A stretch of 64,000 nt of DNA from Amphiscolops sp. MND2022 (taxonomy: Eukaryota), in assembly GCA_964187785.1 (NCBI GenBank), contig OZ076420.1, positions 27,466,001 to 27,530,000 on the forward strand. The letters run 5' to 3'. A model generated the notes under the pieces. It was not told the DNA's origin. It made no database searches and saw only the letters and a program-made list of their open reading frames with translations. Positions 37,106-48,918 of this stretch are shown piece after piece (within the stretch, counting starts at the first letter, position 1; every line of letters begins with the position of its first letter). Made by a program: the position numbers and the translations under genes.

Positions 37106-37375
37106 AGTTTTGGGTTTGGTAGTGCGTAACCAACTGCTGCAGATAACATGGCCATCCACAATGACATGTCTTCACAGGGAGGTTCATCAAGTGCAATTTT
37201 ACCACTTTGTGACTACTATTAAGAAGATTAAAGCTGCGTGGGCAAAAAAAACAACTTTAGATCGTGGTAATGTTATTGAATTACAAAATCTCCAAAAGGA
37301 TTTTTTGCTTGTGCTGTTTTCGATAGTGTCTTCTACGTCTACGCAATCAACTCTATCAACTGCTTGCTCATCCAT
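37102..37375 (-). pseudogene. Small two-TM protein remnant (copy 2)
   Basis: Duplicate of 23423-23696. Confidence 0.7.
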
Positions 37376-37929
37376 TTGGATAAAATATGATTTTGATTTT
37401 AAAATCTTTCTAGTTCTTTCATACATATGCACGTCATACATCACAATTACAAAAATTGTATTTATTGAAAGCATCACTAGATTTTATCGTTATCCGAAAA
37501 TCACGAATTTTTCCTCTTCGCATCAGATTGGTACATTGCAATTACTGTTACCCCCATTGTACATCGAATGTCATCTGCAATTAGCTTGGGCAGCCCAGTA
37601 TCCTTTGATCCCGACAAAGTTTTGATTAGCGTTTGTTTTGCTATAGTTATAAGTTGTTGGGCAGTTTGATTGGTTGAATACTCTTTCTTTCCTCGAAGTT
37701 TGCAATCGTTGATTTGACATGATGACTAGTAAATGTAGCAATAAAATTGCATACTGTGTCGGTTGACATTAAGGCAGCTTTCAGACAATTGTATTCTTTT
37801 GGAGTCAACTGAAATACAGCTTTCTTGAGAAGGTTACAACCTGCAACCTGGGTTTTTTCTACCTTCACAAGACTAATTTCAGCGTGTTGTACAAGGCATC
37901 ACCTCCCACTGATTTGGATGAGCGGTTGT

Positions 37930-39430
37930 TTGCATGATCAGTGCCAGATTCCGAGAAAGAGGTGGCTGTAGAATTTGTGCTTTGTAGGGGAACATGGCCA
38001 ATTTTGTTGATTTGATTCATCAACCAATAGTGAAATAAGTACCTTTTCTTTTTGAGCAGTGATCAAAGTAGTAGTCGGGGTGGATATGGTTAGTAACCAG
38101 CCAAGTCCAGGTTTACAGTACTGTTGAATAAATAACTGCGTAATTAGTTGCACTTGGCTTCGTCGTTTGCATAGAACACTGCGTTTAGAAAACAAAAATT
38201 CAAACTGGTGAAGAATTGCTAAATAAATGAGTAGTCGTGAGTTCCAGTCTAGACCATGCCAAGGTTCGCTGCACCAAACGTACGCACGTCTTCTCTCAGC
38301 GGGTACTTGATCAATGTGACACTGTGGCTTCAGTAGTATTGTATCATTATATCAGGGACTAATGACAGAAAATTTTTTAGCAGGTAGGGCTCGTTTTTGT
38401 GAGATGACAACGTCGATGACAACGTAACACAACTAGAACATTGTAAGCTCCGGAAGCAGCTGTTGTGTGTTGAAGCAAATTTAACTGCAAACGAAAGTGT
38501 AATGCGTTCGAGTCGAGATTTTGGTATTTGTTTTCAAAAGACAAGCTAATCGATAAACTTGCTGGTATGGAAACTGGTATGGTAAAGCTTCCGGAATGAA
38601 ATGATATCAACCAATAGGCGACTATTGTGGCATCAACCAATCGTATCACAAGAATGTCGTGAAGTATGAGTATTTGTAATCCAAAGTTGAATGGTTGTTG
38701 TTACGGAAAACGTTCAGCATTCCAGCAACCAGAATGCACCATAGTACTTTTTCTGTGTCGCAAGGCTAGATATGTTGCCTTCGTGAACCAATGGTTCTGT
38801 ACTGCAGCTTCCGTTCACAATCAACACCCTTGGCAATCAAACTGTGATGAACAGGCAAGAAACGTGTTGCTTCTTGTATGATTTTCACTAGTCTTTAAAT
38901 TTTTGAATTTTTGTACAGTCAGTTGAATCGCGGTAGTTGTATTTTGTCTGCCAATAGCTCAAATATCCTTTGTTTTTGTATCTGTCTGCAAAGTCCATGA
39001 CAATTGCGGAATCGAATGCTACGATCTCCAGTGTATACTTTTCGACAAGCTAATGCCATTGATTCCAAGTATCTAATGTCATCGATTGATTATGTGTCGA
39101 CCGTTTCTCGTGAGGTACTTGATGAAATGAATCTAAAAGTACCAAAGGTATTTTTCACAACCATTACCACGGTAAGGGCCCGGGCGTTGGCAAGCTTTTC
39201 TCCGTCTTCAACGATGATACATACTTCCCCATTCTGGCAGTATCATTCTGAGACTTTTGCGCACGTAGTTCCGTTGTGAGTCCTTGCTGTAGGTGAAGAA
39301 AAACATTCAATTGCGCGGTAATCGTTCGTTGTTTTGATAATCATGTGTTTGGTGACCAGTATAAATTGACTTGAAGGCGATTAGAACACCTTGTCTTAAA
39401 TCGCTTGATTTGATCCTAATATTGAGTTCT
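37930..39430 (-). pseudogene. Unassigned Cys-rich decayed coding region (copy 2)
   Basis: Duplicate of 24250-25750. Confidence 0.35.
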
Positions 39431-39674
39431 GAGCTCGATGCAAGGCATTTGCCTACAGAAGCCTATTTTTTTGAGCAAGACTCAAATCATTGCACGGTCA
39501 TTATCATTAGAAAAAGAATCCATTACAGTTGATGGTTAGAAAATGAATCCACTACCGGCTCGCGTTCTTCGTTGTCTTCTGATGACAGATAGATAATGAT
39601 GTCCTCTAGATAATTGATTTTTCTTGTATTGTTGCTTGGTTTCCCACGGCACACCCGTGCGAAAAGTGCCCTAT

Positions 39675-40454
39675 TTACTGACAACTGTTGCATTTTACCG
39701 TTTTTGCCGACCAGTTGTGTTGGGGTGTCCAGTTTTGTCGTCCGCGGAATCCGCAGTTGTTATTCTTCGGTTGGTTTCGATATTGTTTCGCTTGGATTTT
39801 CTGTATGGGTTCTTGTTTTATTTTTTTGTCTTTTGCCAAGGCGGGTGGTATGGTGGATTGTTTGTGTCGGTGGTCATAGCTGTTTTGGGTGAGAAACTCT
39901 ACGGTTGTTTTCAAATCTAAGGTCTTTTCATGAATAATTTTTCTCCGAAGATTTTTGTCGGTTAAACTCGTGATACGTTTTGATGTAAGGAGGTCCTCTT
40001 GTTTTATGTTCTTGAAATCATAGTTCCTTTCCAGTGTTATTAGTTTTTTCCAGTGTTCTTCGTGTGTCTCGTTGTCCTCTTGCTTTGCCCAGAAGAAATC
40101 TCCACGGCTGTGACAGGTGTTTCTTTTCGGCATGCAGTATTCCTGGAGTAGCTGTATTAGTTTTTTGATTTTGATTGTGTCGGGGTCCGTGTTAAACTCT
40201 CCTTTTGTGATAGTTTCAATTGCTGATGGTCCGGCGCCCCAAATGAAATCTTGTCTGATTTCGGGTTCTTTTGTATTCCAATTTCCGTCGGTGGGTACCG
40301 TGTCGTCCGTCAGTATTTGTTTGATGTTGATATTGTGGATTCTCTTTATGTAATCCCGAAGTCGTTCTGTCCATTCTCTGGGTGTGTATATTTTCTTTCC
40401 GTCGAGTCCGGTGTCTTCTAGGTATGGTAATTGTATCTTCGTTGCCGTGGCCAT
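39675..40454 (-). CDS. gag: Ty3/Gypsy Gag, 259-aa open frame ending inside the zinc knuckle (copy 2)
   Basis: ORF track gives an uninterrupted 259 aa (GGA where copy 1 has TGA). It stops at KCNSCQ*, and no pol follows. Confidence 0.8.
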   Translation of the reverse strand: MATATKIQLPYLEDTGLDGKKIYTPREWTERLRDYIKRIHNINIKQILTDDTVPTDGNWNTKEPEIRQDFIWGAGPSAIETITKGEFNTDPDTIKIKKLIQLLQEYCMPKRNTCHSRGDFFWAKQEDNETHEEHWKKLITLERNYDFKNIKQEDLLTSKRITSLTDKNLRRKIIHEKTLDLKTTVEFLTQNSYDHRHKQSTIPPALAKDKKIKQEPIQKIQAKQYRNQPKNNNCGFRGRQNWTPQHNWSAKTVKCNSCQ

Positions 40455-42899
40455 TTTGTTGTTGTGGTTTAAAAAGGGTTTGTAAGTATAGAAAAATAAA
40501 AATCTTGCTACTGCGCCTTGTTAAAATCTCGTAGTTTCTATTAAAACGGTGTTTGGGTAGTAAGTATCTTTCAACTGATCCATAGTGTATTTTAGGAAAC
40601 GAATGGTATGTTATCAATGATCTGAACAAAAATGCGACAGAAATCAATCAGAGTTTGTATGTAAATAACACTTGAACAACTCTCTGTCTAGGGGATCTAA
40701 GATTACGAAATGTGGCAGTTTGACCTTGGCATTCCACAGTATGTCGGAACTGTTTGCATTTAAATCGGAACGAGAGCGTCGGACCTCATCAAAAAGGGAG
40801 AGATATTCATCCCTCAAGAACTGGTCATTCATCTATCCGGGAAGACGTAAAGCAACAAGATAGTGGTGGAAGCAAAGAAGCCTTGAGATTGTATGCAAAG
40901 AGAACGAAGCACCTGGATCGAAACAAGCCAACCCTATCACAACATCAAAATGGACTGAAATATGACTCAGCGTCGCTCTCAACAAATGGGCGACGTAGTT
41001 TCGTAGTTTTCAGCAAAAGTGCCCAACTGGATCTTCGAGGCAAGACTCGCTTGGCTGCAAGAAGACTTGCTGGAGTTGGCCTGTTGCTCGGACGCCGACC
41101 TGCAGGCACTGTTTACAAGGTCACTCATTTAGGCTCGGTTGAGAAATTGAAGGATGTCGCTGAAGTAAATGTACCTGCAGAAGACGGGATGGAACGCTCT
41201 ACCGCAGCCACTAGCCGTAGATCCCGAGAAGGAGATGGTGCATGATCTTGCGAATCGAAAAGAAATCCTAAACAAAAAGGAAAGAAATTGCGCTGAACAA
41301 TCCTTAGGAATTCCGCGAGCCGCGATTAGAAATTATCCGGAAGTACAACTGGAAATTTGAAAATCAGGAAAAACATTTCATGTATTTTTGGAAGCCATGG
41401 AGTTGAAAACTAACAAACTGGAAGTTTCCACTTTTATTCATTTTTTGTCAAATTTTCGATAGACATCAAGGATTAGAATGATAAAACTGTTAAACAACTG
41501 AAAAATTCGTTGTTTCAGCTTTGTCGAAAGATAAAAACACTTTGTTGAAAAAAGGACCCAGAGCTGTCGAAAGATCCAAAACTTTTAGGTTTTTGATGTT
41601 TTTAATGCAATTATTGGACAATCTCGGGGAGATTTCATGACAAGAAGTCCTAAAACGTTGAAACCTGAAAAAACGCTAAGCAGTGCTTTTTTTGACGGGA
41701 ACGTTGTCTCAAAACTCTTCAAAATGATTCCAAATGAGTCGAAAATTGTCAACAACTTCGTTTTTATGCAAATTGTGTACTTTCTGAAAAGTTTTGAAGT
41801 CCTAATGTTGGAAAATATTCAACGAATGAACTCTAAAATCAGTGAACTTTTTTGGGACATTCTTACAAAGTTTGGATGTAACGTTTCCAAAGTTCAGATG
41901 TAACGTTTTTAAAGTTCGGATATAACGTTTTCTTCCCACTTTGTAGTCCTTTTACAGTTTTTGAGCCTTATATATGGCGTCGACTTGAGTTCAACTAATT
42001 GGTCGTTTTTTCCAATACTTTCTGCACTACGTTTTTTGGAGATTGAAGGGCCCACATTTGATTTCAATCGGAACTCTGAGACTAACGAGTCTTTTCAAAA
42101 TAGATCCTGAGTGTTTGAACTACATTGCGCAACAAACTTCAAGCTAACGCAACAGTCCTACTTTTCGTTGATTGAAATGAGTTCGCAGCGAAAAGTCACT
42201 GAATTGGAAACTTTCATAGATGAAAATCATTCCGAAGCAGTCTAAGGTAGCTGCACCTGATCTAAGGTACCTGCATCGTCTACTACCAAGTACTAACCAA
42301 GTAATTTGAAAAACTTTCTGTAACAACTCTCTGAAGTCATAATATTTAAAACTATGTACAAGGAGCAGCGAATGAATCCACTTGGTTTAGATCTGAACGC
42401 AATTTGATTTAGTTGGTTAAGATCGTCCTCATTAATCGTATAATTATCGTAATTAATTATCTGAAATTTGTGATTACTGAGAGTGCTGAGATCACTGAGA
42501 GATCGATAACGTTTCACTTTTATCGCAAACCAGTAAAATCTCAACAAACTTTCAAGCAATTGAGGGAAATACTGCTCTTAGGAACCAATAGCTTCAATGG
42601 TCGATGTTTCTGTCCAACTACCTTCAGTGCTTTCCGCCCATACTCGATATGGGAAAGGATAAGATTTGATTCAAACGGTTATTTTTTTAAACAAAATTGG
42701 CCAAGCATCAAATAGGTATTCAATTTGAAAGGTGTCACCCACACAATTCAACTCAAATAATGTTAGTTTTGTGCGATATGTATTTGAAGAGATTTTTGGA
42801 TTTTTTGGGAACGACGAAAATGACCCCATAATGACCCAAAAAGACCCCAAAAATGAAAATTCCAAAATTTCCCAATTCTTAACGTTTGTATGCAATTAT

Positions 42900-43630
42900 T
42901 GTCCCAATTTCGATAGACATCGTGAAATAAAATGTTCAAAATGTTCGGAAAGACAAGAACTCGTTGTCTAGTAGTCGTTTATAAAGAGATAAATGCGGTT
43001 TTTTTGACAAGAAAAAGACCCAAAAAGTCACAAAAAGTACGAAACTTCTTGATTTTTAACGTTTATGCCATTTCTGTCAAATTTTCGATAGAGGTCGTGT
43101 ATTTGTATGTTGAAAACCTTCAACAAGGCAGGTCTTCGTTGTCCAGTAGGCTTCTCCGAAAAAAATTGCGGTTTTCTAAGTAAAAATATCTCAAATTGAC
43201 ACCGAAAATGACAAAAATTCCAAAACTTCTCATCTTCCAAACTATCGATTCACTTTTTGTCAATTTTTCGACTGACATCGTGTATTGGAATGTTGAAAGT
43301 GTCAATAAGGAAAGAGTATGTTATCCAGTAGGCTTAGTGAAGAGATAAACGCTGTTTTTTTTCAATGAATTATGTCTCAGATTGGCATCAAAAGGATAAA
43401 CTTTTCAAAAATTTCCGATTTTCACTTTAATTCATTTTTTTCTCAAATTTTCGATAGACATCTAGGATTAGAATGATAAAACTGTTAAACAACTGAAAAA
43501 TTCGTTGTTTCAGCTTTGTCGAAAGATAAAAACACTTTGTTGAAAAAAAACCCAGAGCTGTCGAAAAGTCCAAAACTTTTAGGTTTTTGTCGTTTTTGAT
43601 GCAATTATTGGACAATTTCGGGGAGATTTC
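42900..43630. repeat. Degenerate ~180-bp tandem repeat (about 4 units)
   Basis: TTCGATAGACATC-like anchors at 42909, 43084, 43267 and 43450 (spacing 175-183). Confidence 0.65.
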
Positions 43631-45091
43631 ATGGCAAGAAGTTCTAAAACGTTGGAACCAGAAAAGAAGCTAAGCAGTGCTTTTTTTGACGGGAACGTTG
43701 TCTCAAATCTCTTCAAAATGATTCAAAATGAGTCGAAAGTTTTCAAGATCTTCGTTTTTAAGCAAATTGTGTACTTTCTGAAACGTTTTGGAGTCCTAAT
43801 GTTGGAAACTGTTCAACGACTGAGCTCTGAATCCAGTAAACTTTTTGGGACATTCTTTCAGACTTCGGTTGGAAAAAGGCTCAAAATTGACCGGGTAAAG
43901 TCCAAATTGACATTTTCAGTGATTTGAGAATAGAAAATTTTGGCAAGAAGAAATCTTGGAGAAGCTCCAGATGGCATAACAAGGGCCGCAGCTCGCGTTT
44001 CAAAGAGAACTTTGCGCATTTCATGTATGAAAATCTCCTCTGAATGGCTCAAATTATTCAAAAAACTCAAAATAATCGAAACTGAGTTTTGAAGTTTTTT
44101 GAGTTTCTATGGACATTTTTGTATAGTTCGCGAGCAACTTCCTTGAATGAAATGGTTCAAAAACTCAACAACGACCAATTCTGGTATCGAGTAGGCGTTC
44201 TTGAAGCTGTTACTGCAAATTTTTTGTTGGAACGGGCGTCAGGAACACCCCGAAATGCAAAGAACGACAAAAAAGCACTTTTTTGACAGGTTAATCACAA
44301 ACTTTGTTGAAGCCACAAAAATTTTTGTAGAATAGAATAACGCAAATCGTGAAAGCGAGTGGGATAAAGTTTCTCGAAGTTGATAAAGCTTCCAAAATTT
44401 CCTAATTTTCTTTTTTTTTCGACAATTTTGGATAGTTTCTGAAAATTTACTTCATTCAGGAAGCCCATAGAACCAAGATTAAAATGTGTAATTACCGGTA
44501 GTGTTTCGAAAAGATATCGGACAAGTTCATTAGCGCAACGTCCGAAAAACATTGCTTGAAAACGTAAAAGTTTTTTCTAACTTCTGTCGAAAATTTAATA
44601 TTCAACAAGCTACAAGCAAAATCACTAGGTATGAAGTACGCCTTCCAAAGGGATTGCAGTTACCCACGTAGGAAGAGAACCTGAGAGTGACACAAAAATC
44701 AAGAAAATTTTGACGTTTTGTTGCAATTTTTTGTAAAAGTTTCGAGCTCTTTCGTGATTTGGAATGGTGTAAACATTCAACAACTAAACTCAGTTTCCAT
44801 TGGGCGTTTTAGAAGAGACAACTGTAGTTTCATGTAGGAAAAGTTTGTCAAGTGGACCCCAAAGTTGTCGAAAATATCAAAATTTTCCAATTTTTGAAAA
44901 CGTTGCCTTCTGGAAGCCCTGCTGAACTTGCAAAGGACACTAGTTTCAAACTTCTACCCTTTTTCTGAGAGCCAAAAATTACCCCAAGAAACACGGCTGA
45001 TACATGTCTTCGTAAAGCACTTTATCAAAAAACAACACAGGTCACCCTCAAGACTCGGGAAAAAGCATGACCAACATATAAACTTTTTGTT

Positions 45092-45168
45092 GAGTGCGCG
45101 ACTCGAACCCACGTACCCTTACTTCTACCACAGCAGGAAATCCGCGTTAACCACTAGGTCGAGTGGCA
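45092..45168 (-). pseudogene. tRNA-derived SINE head or pseudogene
   Basis: Minus strand A-box-like CGACCTAGTGGTTAA and B box GGTTCGAGTC at tRNA-like spacing. No acceptor stem. Confidence 0.5.
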
Positions 45169-47511
45169 GTGAGAAGTTACTTGAAAAGTTGAAATTTTGG
45201 TAGATCAGGTGTTATCGAAACAAAAACACTAACGAAATGCCTTGACTATAGTCGCTTTCCTGACGAAAAGCGCCCACTGATAATTTGGTATGTTAGGTAC
45301 TGTGCCCCATAGTTCAACAAAAAAGCAATTAGGTACTGAGCGTGTTTATAAATTAGGTGTTGCTCTAAAAATAGGCTAACATGAATCAACTCTTGTCTTC
45401 GAACTTTCATTTTCATAGCGCATTGGCTATTCTTGAGCCTCAAATTCATGTCGTTGCAGAACAGTTTGAGGCGGAAAGTATCTCGCTGCTTAGCGGGCGT
45501 CTTGTTTTGTCAACCGATCAAACTGCAAGTCACAACAAGCCGGGAACGGCCCAGGTCGTTTTTTTTAAATATACAAAAGATTATTGTTAAAATTTCATCA
45601 AACTTACAGTGCCAAAAACTACGAGAAGGGAGACGCATGACTCGAAAACCACTTCTTACCTAACGAGACAAAAACCTGATTTTGCTGCACCAAAAATATC
45701 TCAAAAAACCAAAATAGAGAAAAAATCGAAGTTATTCAGAAAATTTTTTTGATGAATGTCTCCGATAATTCGCATAGTGTCGAAAACCTTAAGGAGTCCT
45801 CTATGCTGGCAAAACGTTTCGTTCCTAGTAAGAATCGAGGGAGGGCTTCGATAAAAACCAATTAGAAAAAAGTTGCAGAAAAAACGCTGTCCTGAACAAA
45901 ATTCGGATATAGCGTGTCACTGAGAGAACGTAATTTTAAGACGAAAAATATTCATTGTGAAAAATCTCACACTGTCGAAAGTTATAAAAGGGGGCCCTTT
46001 GGGCTTTTTGAAAATCCAATTTGTTGCAAAATATCGAAAAAATGAAGGGGACCCTTTGGAGGCAATAAAAAATTTTCGAAAAAAAAACGAAAAACGAGAA
46101 TTTTGAAATTCAAAAAAGTAGTGCAATTTCAACTCGCCGTATTTGCTGTCAGTTTAGTACGGCTCGACCATTCAACTACTTAACCTGTTCTAAGACGCCA
46201 ATTCTTCTATCTTGACCTGATCTAGGTGATGAAAACGGAACAAATGGACCAGCAAGTAACTTTCTTCTATTATTGTTTTGTATCTAAAAATATATATTAA
46301 GGCAAAAAACGAAGATAATTGCTTTATGAGCACTACATCAATTTAATAGCCAATGACTGTGAGCAAAGACAAACAGCTCATTCATTTAATTACATAAAAT
46401 AAAATATTCTACATATTCTTTATATAGAAAGCGACAAAGTTGAATGTACACCGGCTAAGAGACAGCCGGGTACGCAGGGGAGCGGGTATCAAGTACCTTC
46501 GCTCCCCTAAACCCATCCAGAAGGGCAGGTAGGTTCATAACAAGGTATTTATTTTCAGTTCACTTTTATTATTCTTCACAAACAACGGCAGCTTTTCATG
46601 AGTTATGGCATGGCATACCAAGGGAACAATCAATGTTTCCAATGATTCATCATCTCAATTTTACAAAAATCATCATAAATTCCACATTTCAAATTACTGC
46701 ATTGATTTCACGTGTAGTATTTATTCATCAGAGAAGTCATCGTAGCTTTCGCCAGGTTCAATAATTCCCAATTTTGCAGTTGTTCAGAATTGGAAAACAG
46801 ACAAAATTTCAAAGCAAACATCAGTTCAATTATTTCAGCAGAATTGGTTCATATTCCAGAGAGAAAAGCGTTCAAGAGAAATTCTGTCTGAAACTATAAC
46901 ATTCAAGTATGTGAGCAGTTTTTATACCAATTCCAAAAAGAACTTTTGTACATGTAAAATGGCTCATAATCAAAACAAACGTAGTTGGGCGAATTCTTGG
47001 AAAAACAATCTGCAACAATGGTGCAATCTTAGTCATATTTGTTTGACTGATGACCATAAATTTACCCTTTGAGAGCCAATACGCTCCTATCAACAAGTTG
47101 CACTGAAAAGCGTCCAAATTGAAAAGAAATGAAGGGAAAGAAATGTTTTCAAGGAACAATTTCAAGACTTACTTTATGTGCAAGCAACACTGTGAATATT
47201 TAAGAAAAGTTCTTTAAATAGAACAGACTCAATTTTGCTTATTTTGAATGCGCACTTCTATTTTAAACCGCGTATTTTGATAATTTGAATCACGACATTT
47301 TCCGGCTCTGGATGGCAGGAAGTTTGTTTCTCATTCAGAACATTGGAATAAATCACATCTGGACGTTGAATCAGTTTTTGGATCATGATTAATTGCGTTG
47401 CTTCTAATATACAAATACTTTCGAATGTCGAATTTTTCTCAAACGGATTGGTATAAAAACCGATTCAATCGGCTGACCGACTGAGTCAGACGGACAACAT
47501 AAATAGGATGA

Positions 47512-47789
47512 TGTAACATGGGGACGTGACGGCGATTCCAACAAGCACAAGAAGCACACGACGAGAAGCATTGGGGTCGGGCAAGGAAGGGGGATGGGAT
47601 GTGGATGGACATGGGGTATGGTATATAACTAGCTACTAAAGGAGGAGTATGGATGGAGGAGATTGAGCATAATGAGAAAACGCAAGCACCAAGACATAAG
47701 CTAGCGGGTTGTCGAATATTTCTGGCAAGAAATAGACGAGAAAATTGGACTATAGCAAGTCTGACAGCGAGTTGAATAACAAGTTAACA
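47512..47789 (+). mobile_element. Possible solo LTR
   Basis: TGTAAC...GTTAACA termini, a purine-rich body, TATATAA at ~47621 and AATAAC near the 3' end. No clear TSD. Confidence 0.35.
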
Positions 47790-48664
47790 GCTCACTACTA
47801 ATTGCACAATAGCATCTCTCCAATCTTAAACACGCAGGTAAAACAAGGAATTGAATGCCAAGGATGTGCTGTCTAGATGTACAGTACCATAGCCCGGTTT
47901 GCTGATGTTTTTGTGGTAAAATTATGATTCTTCTTCTTACTTTTTGCCCTTTGGTATTATCAATTAAGTGTGATGATTCATGGTGGTGTTACATTACCGC
48001 AACAGCTCTAGAGAGGAACCGGCTAATACCTCACGATATTTCCACTTTCCCGCTTTTTATCAGTCCCCAGGGTTGTTACTGGGTGGTTTCAACTCGTTCA
48101 ACCCAATCTGCAGACTCTTCGAAATTCATATTTTCTTTTTTAGCGCCTTTTGATCTACTTAGAAGAAATTGACGATGGTCGTAAATTCAAAGCACCTGAA
48201 GTACGTGGGGGAATCCAAGTAACCTCCCCGACCCTGTTCGTCAAGTTAAGAGAAGTAACTGCAGATACTCTGATAGCACATCCAATCCACGCAGCTGTTA
48301 CGTCATTCATCGCTTTTACAGTGACGTAATTTCCAAAAGTCAACATCTCAACCAAAATTGGGAGATTATCTGGGACGCTAAAAGCTTTATCTGTTGAAAT
48401 TCGATCACATTTCTTCCTCGAAACAGCGAAACCTGAGTTACTTCGTTCGCTCTTTCGCGCATTTAAACTGCGCAGTTCAGGTTTCAGAGGTGCATTATTC
48501 GTAATTGTAACTTCTGATAATTGCCATTAGAGGTGCCACAAGTCAAGTGTTTTCATAGGATCTTCACTTCACGTCGTTTCCAAAAACTTTCTGCATGTTC
48601 GGGGACCGGCCGAAACACTTGATTGCAGTTGTTCTGGTTCAGTTGTCACTTTTTGCCACCTCAC

Positions 48665-48918
48665 TGCACGTTGGATCCAGGGTTCCCAGAATTCACTGCC
48701 GTTGAAACCACAACCAGTCTTGTACCCCCGCCGCCACTTACATTCACTGGTGACGTCCCACCTTTGAGGGCGCTATTGTTGTTACCCGAACATAGAAGGG
48801 TCTTTAAGATACCATCGTTGTTCCTTATCCCTGAGTCACTGTTGCTTCCACTGGACATGGTTTTTCCTTGTTCTGTGGAAATGCGCGAATATTGATGCGT
48901 CATCGTTTCGAGGTTGTC
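48665..48918 (-). CDS. Host gene exon (contains ILKTLL)
   Basis: TTTTAG acceptor, phase 0 (DNLETMTH...). Donor position uncertain. Confidence 0.6.

Larger units (their letters stand above)
30332..37870 (-). mobile_element. Polinton/Maverick (adintovirus-like) remnant, copy 2
   Basis: Duplicate of 16645-24190 with essentially the same disablements. Confidence 0.92.
15054..42399. repeat. 13.7-kb tandem segmental duplication (15054-28721 and 28742-42399, 20-bp filler at 28722-28741)
   Basis: Every ORF is repeated at offset 13678-13689. Sampled stretches look about 99% identical by eye. Confidence 0.98.

Noticed and set aside
46700-46770. Hammerhead ribozyme (minus strand GAAA...CTGATGA)
   Set aside because: Only 15 nt separate GAAA and CTGATGA, too short for stems III and I. 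Other CTGATGA hits (13632, ~25900, ~47047) lack stem II followed by GAAA.
46560-47200. Transposase or helicase fragment
   Set aside because: Only vague resemblance, with no diagnostic motif.
48155-48520. Terminal exon of the host gene (EVTITNNAP...PSSISSK)
   Set aside because: The frame is open, but it needs a phase-1 donor, whereas the best donor of the preceding exon is phase 2. Left unresolved.
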